Positions 15,945 to 23,553 of a stretch of DNA of 32,000 nucleotides are shown here, piece after piece. Below the pieces are notes generated by a model, which was not told where the DNA came from, ran no database searches, and saw only the letters and a program-made list of their open reading frames with translations. Source of the stretch: Methanopyrus kandleri AV19 (GTDB taxonomy: Archaea; JAADCQ01; Methanopyri; Methanopyrales; Methanopyraceae); NCBI RefSeq assembly GCF_000007185.1, contig NC_003551.1, forward strand, positions 1,650,001-1,682,000, written 5' to 3'. Position numbers and translations under genes: made by a program. The first letter of the stretch is position 1. The number at the start of each line of letters is the position of its first letter.

Positions 15945-16487
15945 TTATTGTATTTTAGCGTGCCGTTCCCACATATCTGATTCATCGACTCCTAATTCTT
16001 TCGCGAGCTGAGCCGTAAATCCGTCCAAGAATGACAGCATTAACATCTCCGAGAATGTGCGAAGAATTATCTCTTCTGGTTCAGGAAGGACAACCACAAC
16101 ATCCGCCTTTTCAGCTATTTTCGAGTCCGCATTCATGGTTACTGCAAGCACATCTGCACCTTCGTCCTTCGCCACATCCGCCGCATAATTGACGAACGCG
16201 GTGTTACCGGAAACGCTCAGCGCGATGAGGAGATCGTCGGGCTTTATTGCCCGCTCTGTGCTGTGACCGACCACGTAGCATCGTGCGCCCATTTGCACGA
16301 GCCTGACGGCGAAGCACTCACCGATGAGTCCCGTTCTACCCATTCCTACGATGAATATACCCCTATCATTCCGTATCTTCTCCACAACTAAATCCAAGGC
16401 TTTTTTAACATCTTCTTCGGGCAGATTGTTGCACGCATACTCTATTACCTCGGCCTCCCTCCGCATAATTTTACGTATGCGATCCAA
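15945..16487 (-). CDS. phi: SIS-domain sugar isomerase, most likely 6-phospho-3-hexuloisomerase
   Basis: 180 aa. The SIS core is IFIVGMGRTGLIGECFAVRLVQMGARCYVVGHSTERAIKPDDLLIALSVSGNT. Its size and its C-terminus (LGVDESDMWERHAKIQ) resemble methanogen PHI as I recall it. It is adjacent to rpiA and tpiA. Confidence 0.65.
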   Translation of the reverse strand: MDRIRKIMRREAEVIEYACNNLPEEDVKKALDLVVEKIRNDRGIFIVGMGRTGLIGECFAVRLVQMGARCYVVGHSTERAIKPDDLLIALSVSGNTAFVNYAADVAKDEGADVLAVTMNADSKIAEKADVVVVLPEPEEIILRTFSEMLMLSFLDGFTAQLAKELGVDESDMWERHAKIQ

Positions 16488-16500
16488 TGCCCATCATCCC

Positions 16501-17181
16501 CTATTCTAGGCCGGAGATGAGGTCTAATAACGCCTCCTTAGGATCGTCCGCTAATACCACTCCAGAAGCTACTAAGACGCCATCAGCACCCAATTCCACG
16601 GCGGCACGCACATCGGACCCATCGGTGATCCCGGCCCCGCACAGTACGGCCGTCTCCTCCGAGACCTCCTTCACGACCTCGACCGATCGCTCGACTACCT
16701 CGGGGTCGGCCTTCGACACCGGGGTCCCCGTACCGATGAGCTCCGGCGGCTCCACGGCCACCGCGTGAGGCGAGAGGGCCCCGGCCGCACGGGCGGCGAG
16801 CGCGTCGCTCGCACACACGATCGTGAGGAGACCCTCGTTTATGCACGCTCGGCAGACGTCCTTAAGATCCTCCAACAGCATCCGGCGTTCCGAGTGGTTC
16901 AGAAGCGTCCCGTCGGCGCCGGCTTCGACCACCATCTCGGGAGTCACGTGCCCGGTCCTCCCGCCGGGCTCGGCCGCATCAACTGCCTGCGCTAGGACCG
17001 TGACTTCGTCGCCTACCTCCCTAACCACGTCGCGCAGGTCGACATGAGGAGGACAGATCCCGACCTCGACTCCGGTTTCTTCCGACACTTCCGCGGCCAC
17101 TCGAGCCAGTCGTAGTGCGTTCTCACCGACCGCTTCCGAGTACGCCTTGAAATTCACGATAACAGGAGGTACACGCAACAT
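16501..17181 (-). CDS. tpiA: triosephosphate isomerase (archaeal short type)
   Basis: 226 aa. It has VIVNFKAY, LLNHSERR, AVEPPELIGTG and GAGI motifs. Confidence 0.9.
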   Translation of the reverse strand: MLRVPPVIVNFKAYSEAVGENALRLARVAAEVSEETGVEVGICPPHVDLRDVVREVGDEVTVLAQAVDAAEPGGRTGHVTPEMVVEAGADGTLLNHSERRMLLEDLKDVCRACINEGLLTIVCASDALAARAAGALSPHAVAVEPPELIGTGTPVSKADPEVVERSVEVVKEVSEETAVLCGAGITDGSDVRAAVELGADGVLVASGVVLADDPKEALLDLISGLE

Positions 17182-17189
17182 CTCACCCC

Positions 17190-17828
17190 CTACGACCTCC
17201 CGACGATGATCCTATCTACCTTGTCCCCGGGGAATACGCCGCATTCAACTACGCCGGGAACGGAGTTCAACTCGCGTTCGAGCTCGGCGGGATCCCAGTC
17301 GTCCACATGCAGGTCGACGATGGGATTACCCGAGTCCGAGACCACGGGCCCGTACTTCTCGTCACACGTTCTCGGTCTGACCTCACCGAACTCCTCCAGC
17401 GTCCGAACTGTTAACTCGTAGCAGCCGCGGAGTACCTCAACGGGTACCGGGAGCTCCCAGAGGTTCTCGACGAGCTTCGACTCGTCCACGACGACCCAGA
17501 ACTCGTCGGCGGTGTAATCTATCGCCTTCTCCAACGAGTGGCAGGCCCCTCCTCCTTTCAGCAGGTTACCATCGGGATCCACGGCGTCAGCTCCGTCGAT
17601 GGCGACCGGGAGCTCTTCGGGCGGTATCGTAGTCACGTTCAGTCCGATGCGGCGACAAGCATCGATCGTGCCGGGTATCGTGGTGAACACCAGTACGTCG
17701 GCCTCTCTCTTCACCAGCTCTTCAAGGAAAGCCTCGACGGTGGTGCCGGCACCAACCCCGATCACCTCGTACCCGCGTCGGCAGACCTCTTCCGCGGCTT
17801 TCCTGGCCGCGTTCCGTTTGCCGCTCAA
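17190..17828 (-). CDS. rpiA: ribose-5-phosphate isomerase A
   Basis: 212 aa. It has GVGAGTT, DGADAVDPDGNLLKGGGACHSLEK and VPGVVECGVF motifs. The start is TTG, with a GGGGGT SD 6 nt upstream. Confidence 0.88.
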   Translation of the reverse strand: MSGKRNAARKAAEEVCRRGYEVIGVGAGTTVEAFLEELVKREADVLVFTTIPGTIDACRRIGLNVTTIPPEELPVAIDGADAVDPDGNLLKGGGACHSLEKAIDYTADEFWVVVDESKLVENLWELPVPVEVLRGCYELTVRTLEEFGEVRPRTCDEKYGPVVSDSGNPIVDLHVDDWDPAELERELNSVPGVVECGVFPGDKVDRIIVGRS

Positions 17829-17890
17829 AGCCGAACCCCCGAGGGTTTCTTAATGCGGCGTGTGGGCCCTCACACGCGGGTAGCCGGACG

Positions 17891-19519
17891 ATGTCCGATA
17901 AAGTCCTCGTGATAGGTGCGGGCCCTAACCGCATCGGCCAGGGGATCGAATTCGATTACTGTACAGTTCACGCCGTGTGGGCGATTCAGGAGGAGGGTTA
18001 CAAGGCGATCATAGTGAACAACAACCCCGAGACGGTCTCCACGGATTACGATACTTCGGATAAACTGTACTTCGAACCAATCACACTCGAAGACGTACTC
18101 AACATAGTCGAGAAGGAGCGGCCTATCGGCGTGCTGACGCAGTTCGGGGGGCAGACCTCCGTCAACCTAACCGTGCCACTCGCGGAGCGTGGAGTCCGTG
18201 TTCTTGGTACCGATCCCGACGACGTCGACCGACTCGAGGATCGGGACAGGTTCTCAAAGCTCCTGAAGAAGCTCGGTATCCCGCAGCCCGAGAGCGGGAC
18301 CGCCAACGACCCCGAAGAAGCCGTTGAGGTAGCGGAAGATATCGGTTACCCAGTCCTTGTGCGTCCATCGTATGTGATAGGTGGCCGAGCCATGGAGATA
18401 GTGTACGACGAGGAGGATCTCCGTAGGTACATCGAGGAAGCCGCCAAGGTATCCCCGGAGCACCCGATCTTGATAGACCGGTTCATCGAGGGCGGCATAG
18501 AGTGCGAGATCGACGGTGCGCGGGATGAGGCCGGGAACGTGCTCATCCCCGGGATCATGGAACACATCGAGGAAGCCGGTGTGCACTCCGGTGATTCCGC
18601 CTGTGTCGTGCCACCACAGACGCTCCCGGAGCACGCACAGGAGACGGTCCTCGAGTACGCCGAAGACATCGCCGAGGGGGCAAACGTGATCGGGCTTATT
18701 AACATTCAGTTCGTCTACGACCCTGAAGAGGACGAGGTGTACGTTATCGAAGCCAACCCGCGCGCCAGTCGAACGGTGCCTTTCATCAGCAAGGCCGTCG
18801 GAATACCACTCGCCAAAATCGGAACCAAGGCCATCCTCGGCCGTGAGATCCCCGAGGTCCTGGACGAGATGGGGCTAGAGCCTCCGGACGGTGACCCCGG
18901 AATCGTCGCCGTTAAAGAGGCCGTATTCTCCTTCGAGAAGTGGCCCGGAGTGGATCCCGTGCTGGGCCCCGAGATGAAGGCTACGGGAGAAGTTATGGGG
19001 ATCGACAGGACGTTCGGTGCCGCCTACTGGAAGGCTCAGCTCGCAGCAGGACACGAGCTTCCTCTCGAGGGTACCGCCGTCATATCGGTAGCCGACCGGG
19101 ACAAGCCCGATATCGTCCCGATCGCTCGAAAGCTTCAGCGGTTAGGGTTCGATCTGCTCGCGACGCGCGGCACCGCATCGCACCTGCGCGAACACGGGAT
19201 CGAGTGCGAGGTGGTGAGGAAAGTATCGGAGGGTAGTCCCAACATAGTTGATCTCATCCGTGAAGGTGAAATCGACCTGATTATCAACACCCCAACGGAA
19301 GGGAAGGACGCTCGCCGCGACGGGTACGCCATCCGTCGGGCAGCTGTGAAGTTCAAGGTCCCGTACATCACTACGATCGCGGCGGCAAAGGCGGCCGTTG
19401 AGGCGATAGAACTGGTGAAAGAGAAAGGAGTCACCGTCAACTGCCTCCACGACATCCACAAGGGTGATTGGACACCTCGCGAGGTGAAACCCGAAGAGTT
19501 GACTCGCTACGGAGGATGA
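17891..19519 (+). CDS. carB: carbamoyl-phosphate synthase large subunit, C-terminal half only (second ATP-grasp plus MGS-like allosteric domain)
   Basis: 542 aa, beginning KVLVIGAGPNRIGQGIEFDYCTVHA (the start of the second CarB repeat). It has IEANPRASRTVPFISKAVGIPLAKI and a C-terminal MGS-like domain (GTAVISVADRDK...LATRGTA). No N-terminal half and no carA lie in the window. Confidence 0.88.
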   Translation: MSDKVLVIGAGPNRIGQGIEFDYCTVHAVWAIQEEGYKAIIVNNNPETVSTDYDTSDKLYFEPITLEDVLNIVEKERPIGVLTQFGGQTSVNLTVPLAERGVRVLGTDPDDVDRLEDRDRFSKLLKKLGIPQPESGTANDPEEAVEVAEDIGYPVLVRPSYVIGGRAMEIVYDEEDLRRYIEEAAKVSPEHPILIDRFIEGGIECEIDGARDEAGNVLIPGIMEHIEEAGVHSGDSACVVPPQTLPEHAQETVLEYAEDIAEGANVIGLINIQFVYDPEEDEVYVIEANPRASRTVPFISKAVGIPLAKIGTKAILGREIPEVLDEMGLEPPDGDPGIVAVKEAVFSFEKWPGVDPVLGPEMKATGEVMGIDRTFGAAYWKAQLAAGHELPLEGTAVISVADRDKPDIVPIARKLQRLGFDLLATRGTASHLREHGIECEVVRKVSEGSPNIVDLIREGEIDLIINTPTEGKDARRDGYAIRRAAVKFKVPYITTIAAAKAAVEAIELVKEKGVTVNCLHDIHKGDWTPREVKPEELTRYGG

Positions 19520-19531
19520 TGGGGGAGAGAC

Positions 19532-20410
19532 GTGTTGATAGTCCTCGCCACATCGGAGGGTGTCAAGCTGGGTCGGCGTCTCGCAGAGGAGCTCGACGCG
19601 GAGCTGGCGCCGGTCGAGGAGGACAGGTTCCCCGACGGTGAGCAGATTGTAAGGGTTCCTCCGGAGCTCGACGGGACGGTAGTCGTCGTACACTCGATGA
19701 GCCCACCCCAGGACGAGAACCTCGTGAAGGCGATAATCACTCTCGACGCCGCTCGGGAGAACGGGGCCGAGGAAGTCATCGCCATAGTCCCTTACATGGC
19801 CTACTCCAGGCAAGATCGTAGATTCGAACCCGGAGAGCCCGTTTCGTTCCGCGCCGTCGCTAGGGCAGTGTCCGCGAACGCCGACGCTCTAATAACCGTC
19901 GACCTCCACGAGCCGGGCACGCTGAAGTACTTCGACGTACCCGCCGAGAACGTCAGCGCGGCTGAGGAGCTGGGCAAGTACCTGGCAGAAAGGTTCGAGG
20001 GAGAGGATCTCGTGGTCATCGGACCGGACGAAGGGGCCCGAGAACTGGCCCGCGAAGTCGCCTCGATATGTGGGGTTGAATACGACCATCTGGAGAAAAA
20101 GCGGCTCAGCGGGGACGAGGTCGAGATTCATCCGAAAGAGCTGGACGTCGAGGGGCGGACGGTGGTACTGGTCGACGACATGATCGACACCGGAGGGACC
20201 ATGGTTGAAGCCGCCCGAGCGCTTCGCGATCAAGGTGCCGGGACGCTCTATGCCGCGTGCACCCACGCGCTCCTCACCAGGAACGCCGCCACTAGGCTTT
20301 TGGCCTCAGGATTCGAAGATATCATAGCCACCGACACCGTCCCCAACCCGTTCGAGAAGGTGAGTGTGGCCCCACCGGTAGCCGAGGCTGTTGAGAATCT
20401 CAGCGGGTGA
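19532..20410 (+). CDS. prs: ribose-phosphate pyrophosphokinase (PRPP synthetase)
   Basis: 292 aa. It has VPYMAYSRQDRRF and the PRPP loop VVLVDDMIDTGGT. The start is GTG, with a GGGGGAG SD 4 nt upstream. Confidence 0.9.
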   Translation: MLIVLATSEGVKLGRRLAEELDAELAPVEEDRFPDGEQIVRVPPELDGTVVVVHSMSPPQDENLVKAIITLDAARENGAEEVIAIVPYMAYSRQDRRFEPGEPVSFRAVARAVSANADALITVDLHEPGTLKYFDVPAENVSAAEELGKYLAERFEGEDLVVIGPDEGARELAREVASICGVEYDHLEKKRLSGDEVEIHPKELDVEGRTVVLVDDMIDTGGTMVEAARALRDQGAGTLYAACTHALLTRNAATRLLASGFEDIIATDTVPNPFEKVSVAPPVAEAVENLSG

Positions 20411-20424
20411 GACCCGGGAGAAAC

Positions 20425-20433
20425 ACTTAAAAT
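20425..20433 (+). promoter_or_regulatory. TATA-box-like element upstream of tRNA-Ser
   Basis: ACTTAAAAT about 36 nt upstream of the tRNA 5' end, just after the prs stop. Confidence 0.45.
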
Positions 20434-20464
20434 CCCGCCTCATACTTGTGCAAGTGGGCAAGGC

Positions 20465-20555
20465 GCCGGGGCGGCCGAGCCCGGTCCAAGGCGCGGGACT
20501 GCTAATCCCGTGGCCCGTATGGGCCGCCCGGGTTCAAATCCCGGCCCCGGCGCCA
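20465..20555 (+). tRNA. tRNA-Ser (GCU), class II with long variable arm, C8, encoded CCA
   Basis: GCCGGGG-C-G-GCCG-AGCCCGGUCCAA-AGGC region, anticodon arm CGGGA-CUGCUAA-UCCCG, variable arm UGGCCC-GUAU-GGGCCGC, T-arm CCGGG-UUCAAAU-CCCGG, then CCCCGGC-G-CCA. Confidence 0.9.
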
Positions 20556-20562
20556 ACCCGAA

Positions 20563-20585
20563 ATCGTTATAAAACCTATAACGAT
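20563..20585. repeat. conserved palindromic 3'-flank element (ATCGTTAT-7nt-ATAACGAT)
   Basis: It has the same 8-bp arms as the copy at 9738-9760, starting 8 nt after the tRNA-Ser CCA. The loop and flank (TTATAAAACCTATAA) also resemble a TATA box placed 25-40 nt upstream of the next gene's start codon. Confidence 0.7.
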
Positions 20586-20606
20586 CTACGACGAGGGGGA
20601 CACCCG

Positions 20607-20876
20607 TTGACCGAACTACAGGTCGGAGACTACGCCCGATACGTGCGGACCGGAACGGTAGGCAAGGTGGTCGACGTTAAGGAGCGTGAGGATGGTCGAT
20701 GGATCCAGCTCGACTCAACAGGACTGTATTATCACGAAGACTACGTCGAGAAGGTGGAGAAGAAAGAGTCAAAGGAGAAGGAAGAGACCGACATTGAAGA
20801 AGTCGTTGAGAGGATTAGGGAGCTCAAGGAGGCGTTCGAACACGTCGACGAGCGGGTGTGCGAGGGAGGCGGTTAA
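20607..20876 (+). CDS. small conserved archaeal protein (SH3-like N-terminus, acidic helical tail), possibly DUF2098-type
   Basis: 89 aa from TTG 20607, reading (M)TELQVGDYARYVRTGTVGKVVDVKEREDGRWIQLDSTGLYYHEDYV..., with a GAGGGGGA SD 7 nt upstream. The track ORF 20391..20876 reads through tRNA-Ser, so its N-terminal part is rejected. Confidence 0.6.
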   Translation: MTELQVGDYARYVRTGTVGKVVDVKEREDGRWIQLDSTGLYYHEDYVEKVEKKESKEKEETDIEEVVERIRELKEAFEHVDERVCEGGG

Positions 20877-21116
20877 TCACCTTCTGGGTCGGATCTTCGA
20901 CTCGTCCACTAAAACGTACTTGCCCACCGCCAGCACGGAGCTCCACGGAACCTCCACAACGTCGGCCTTCACCTGCTGAGCGTATTCTTTCGACGGTTGC
21001 ACCAGCAACGCTTTGATGCATTTATCTTTCCAGGCCAATTCCACCTCCATGACGGTACCCAAGTCGTGGCCGCGGTTTGTGATCACGTGTCGCTGCAGCA
21101 GTTCCGAAACCCTCAT
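20877..21116 (-). CDS. PRC-barrel domain protein
   Basis: 79 aa from ATG 21116 (MRVSELLQRHVITNRGHDLGTVMEVELAWKDKCIKALLVQP...VPWSSVLAVGKYVLVDE). An ATGA overlap joins it to the cobY stop (21113-21116). Confidence 0.65.
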   Translation of the reverse strand: MRVSELLQRHVITNRGHDLGTVMEVELAWKDKCIKALLVQPSKEYAQQVKADVVEVPWSSVLAVGKYVLVDESKIRPRR

Positions 21117-21784
21117 CTCGTTTTTAGCGCCTGAAGCCCCTGGGCCCGCTCCTCTCTCGGGCAACTCCGAAGCACCCCTTCCACCTTCCGGAGATCGTGC
21201 CACGTGTTAACGTTGTAAGCCAACCGTGGCTCGTCCAGCAGGAGTTTGAACTCATCGGTTTTCCGCAGACCCCCTACTACGTTTAATCCTACGACCACCG
21301 CCCGGACGTTTCCCACAGTTGACTCGAATCTCCGCCATAGGCTCAGTCCGGCCTTCACGATCAAGCTTCGGGGAACCCAGACGGAGAGCGAAGGCTCCGG
21401 GACGGCCGCCCATGCGGCGATAACCAGGCCCACGATGTCTGGGGTCAGACACGGCAAATCCGCGGTAACAGTTAGTGCCGGCGTCCCTACGCTCTCTAGC
21501 GCGAACCTCAGGTCGTGGACGTACCCGTCTCCCGGGGTGACGACGACCTCCGCTCCCAACCGCTCTGCGATGGACCGGGTAACCCCCGCGTCCCGCGATA
21601 CCGCCACGGTGATCCTATCCACGCAACAGCAATCCTGAAGTGCCTCGAGCACCCACACGAGCAGCGGTTTACCCGCCACTTCTACGGCCGGCTTCTCCAC
21701 CCCACCCATGCGCTTCGCCCGACCACCGGCCATCACCAGGGCAGGGAGCTTAGGCAAACGGCGCTCAGGACCCGTGACACCCAT
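21113..21784 (-). CDS. cobY: adenosylcobinamide-phosphate guanylyltransferase (archaeal CobY-type nucleotidyltransferase)
   Basis: It has the NTP-transferase loop LVMAGGRAKRMGGVEKP and is translationally coupled to cobS and cbiZ. The start is uncertain: ATG 21784, TTG 21757, or GTG/ATG at 21736/21733. MobA-type guanylyltransferase is the alternative call. Confidence 0.65.
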   Translation of the reverse strand: MGVTGPERRLPKLPALVMAGGRAKRMGGVEKPAVEVAGKPLLVWVLEALQDCCCVDRITVAVSRDAGVTRSIAERLGAEVVVTPGDGYVHDLRFALESVGTPALTVTADLPCLTPDIVGLVIAAWAAVPEPSLSVWVPRSLIVKAGLSLWRRFESTVGNVRAVVVGLNVVGGLRKTDEFKLLLDEPRLAYNVNTWHDLRKVEGVLRSCPREERAQGLQALKTR

Positions 21785-22458
21785 ATTGACGCACCCAGGA
21801 AGTCACCGTTCACGCCCCTTATGGTACGGCGTGCCGCCTCCAGGCAGGTCCAAGCGACCACCGCCGAGCAGACCGCACATGTTAGGGTGGCTACGGGTGA
21901 AAACGGCAATGACACGACCGTTGATAGGATTCCTCCCAGCAATACCTGATCGGCGTCCACGTACTCCGTGAACACCCTACCGGAGTAGCTGGCGGGCGCG
22001 GGCTCACCCACCGCCGCCATAGGGAGTACGGTGAAACGTGAGAACACCTCGATGGGTACCAGCACCTCGAAGGGTATCCACCCGAACGACGCGACCGCTA
22101 GGAGGAGTGCCATAGACCCAATCGCTAAGCCCCCCACTCCTACCCTCGGATCACGCATAGCCTTCGTGGCACCTTCTTCGGAGATCACGCCCGCCATCAG
22201 CGCGTCGCCCACATCTACGAGGCCATCGAAGTGCTGTGCCCCCTCGAGTACGAGCAGCGTCAAAACTACCAAGCAACCTCTAACCGGTGTTCCGGCGAAG
22301 GCCCACGCCACGACCCCCGCCAGCAACCCGCTGACTAGTCCGACCGCTGGAAGCCCTAACCATGCCTGCTCGCCGATCTCACGCGGACTCTTCGGGTGTT
22401 CTCCGATCGGAAGGACGGTCAAGAATCTGAAGACTTTCAGGAACTCCACCCGAATCAC
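21733..22458 (-). CDS. cobS: adenosylcobinamide-GDP ribazoletransferase (cobalamin 5'-phosphate synthase)
   Basis: 241 aa, polytopic. The N-terminus FRFLTVLPIG and the HFDGLVDVGDAL motif are typical of CobS. The GTG start forms a GTGA overlap with the cbiZ/cobZ stop. Confidence 0.8.
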   Translation of the reverse strand: MIRVEFLKVFRFLTVLPIGEHPKSPREIGEQAWLGLPAVGLVSGLLAGVVAWAFAGTPVRGCLVVLTLLVLEGAQHFDGLVDVGDALMAGVISEEGATKAMRDPRVGVGGLAIGSMALLLAVASFGWIPFEVLVPIEVFSRFTVLPMAAVGEPAPASYSGRVFTEYVDADQVLLGGILSTVVSLPFSPVATLTCAVCSAVVAWTCLEAARRTIRGVNGDFLGASIWVSRVLSAVCLSSLPW

Positions 22459-23528
22459 CCCCTGCGGAACGCGGCGGTCATGGCACCGGCAACGAGACCT
22501 GCAAGGACGTCATCCAGCATAACCCATCTCTCATCGACTTCCTTCAGGATTCCGGGCTTCTCCTCGTCGTACCGTTTGAAATTGAACAGCGCCCCGTAAC
22601 CCCCTAACTCCATAGCCACAAACTGGCCTAGGACCTCATCGAAGTACACCCAACCCGGGTCCTCCCGTAGTTCACCGCACTCCTCCGGATAAGTGCCTAA
22701 TCGCACGAATCTGTCGATGAGTAACGCCGTGAACACTGCCAAGGCCACGTTAGGGTTCTCCAGACCCCGCTCGAGCTCCTCTAGGACCCTAGAAGCGTGC
22801 TCCTCCTTCCACTCACCTACGAACAACTCTCGACCGGCCTCGACGAGGTCGTTCAGTTCGATCCCCTCCTCTTCGAGGATCGTTTTTATCGAGCGTGTTG
22901 GGGAATACCCTGCGCGCTCTCCCGCAGTGACCACGGCTTCCTCGACCGCGCTCATCAAGCGCCGACCGAGCTCCGTGGCGGGTCCACAGAAAGAGTCCAG
23001 TTCATCCCCCTGTGGACACAACACGGCGACGGAGTCCGTAGTCGTCCCTAAGCAAGGTCCTTCATTACCCAGGACTATACGCAGGACCCCATGGCATTTC
23101 GCCTCCACGGCCCACGTCAGGGCCTCGACCAGGGAGCGTGTGGTCAGGGGTCGCCCTACCACGGCGATCACGTTCACGGTCCCGGGTCCTCCTAAGTCGT
23201 GCTCTTTAGTCTTAGAGCAGTAGGCGTTACCGAACCCGGCGGTCGCAACGGCGAAGACGTCACCCTTTTGAACTATAGCGGCCTGCTCGACGTCGGCGGC
23301 CGTCAGGAACGCCAGCGTGTCCTCGGGCTCGAGTCCCAGTTCGTGGAGTCTCTCCTCGACGTAGCCCCAAGGATCATCGTGCGACCATCCCTTCTCGACC
23401 CGGATGTTGGCCACCCACCTCACCTCGCCCACACCGTCCGAGTAGAATGCGCTCGAAACGTATTTCACGGGGTTCTCGAACTCAAGCACCACCGCCCGCT
23501 CGTCCTTGATCACGTGAAAGAACTCCAC
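22455..23528 (-). CDS. cbiZ: fusion protein: adenosylcobinamide amidohydrolase (CbiZ) domain plus PgpA-like alpha-ribazole phosphatase (CobZ) domain
   Basis: The N-terminal ~230 aa carry CbiZ-type motifs ([28 protein letters not shown]). The C-terminal ~140 aa carry PgpA/CobZ-type motifs ([36 protein letters not shown]). I chose the start at GTG 23528 (GGGGGAG SD 5 nt upstream). The track start at 23681 and ATG 23597 would both overlap atpB head to head. Confidence 0.7.
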   Translation of the reverse strand: MEFFHVIKDERAVVLEFENPVKYVSSAFYSDGVGEVRWVANIRVEKGWSHDDPWGYVEERLHELGLEPEDTLAFLTAADVEQAAIVQKGDVFAVATAGFGNAYCSKTKEHDLGGPGTVNVIAVVGRPLTTRSLVEALTWAVEAKCHGVLRIVLGNEGPCLGTTTDSVAVLCPQGDELDSFCGPATELGRRLMSAVEEAVVTAGERAGYSPTRSIKTILEEEGIELNDLVEAGRELFVGEWKEEHASRVLEELERGLENPNVALAVFTALLIDRFVRLGTYPEECGELREDPGWVYFDEVLGQFVAMELGGYGALFNFKRYDEEKPGILKEVDERWVMLDDVLAGLVAGAMTAAFRRG

Positions 23529-23532
23529 AAAC

Positions 23533-23547
23533 ACTCCCCCAGGGAGT
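23533..23547. promoter_or_regulatory. ACTCCC-CCA-GGGAGT palindrome, dual SD in the 25-nt divergent spacer between cbiZ and atpB
   Basis: The spacer 23529-23553 is AAACACTCCCCCAGGGAGTGGTACC. The plus strand reads AGGGAG 7 nt before GTG 23554. The minus strand reads GGGGGAG 5 nt before GTG 23528. Confidence 0.5.
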
Positions 23548-23553
23548 GGTACC

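Noticed and set aside
15928-15960. An AT-rich stretch (TAATATTTTATTGTATTTTAG) between phi and pgk, considered as an internal promoter.
   Set aside because: Most of it is the coding 3' end of phi (AKIQ plus the stop) within a generally low-GC patch. I cannot distinguish a promoter from composition without TSS data.
18046-19813. Minus-strand ORFs over carB and prs (18046..18306, 18254..18634, 18346..18705, 19135..19461, 19142..19813, 19507..19785).
   Set aside because: They are shadow ORFs opposite well-supported carB and prs, with low-complexity translations.
20391-20606. N-terminal part of ORF 20391..20876.
   Set aside because: It reads straight through tRNA-Ser and its flanking palindrome. 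The real gene starts at TTG 20607, behind a GAGGGGGA SD.
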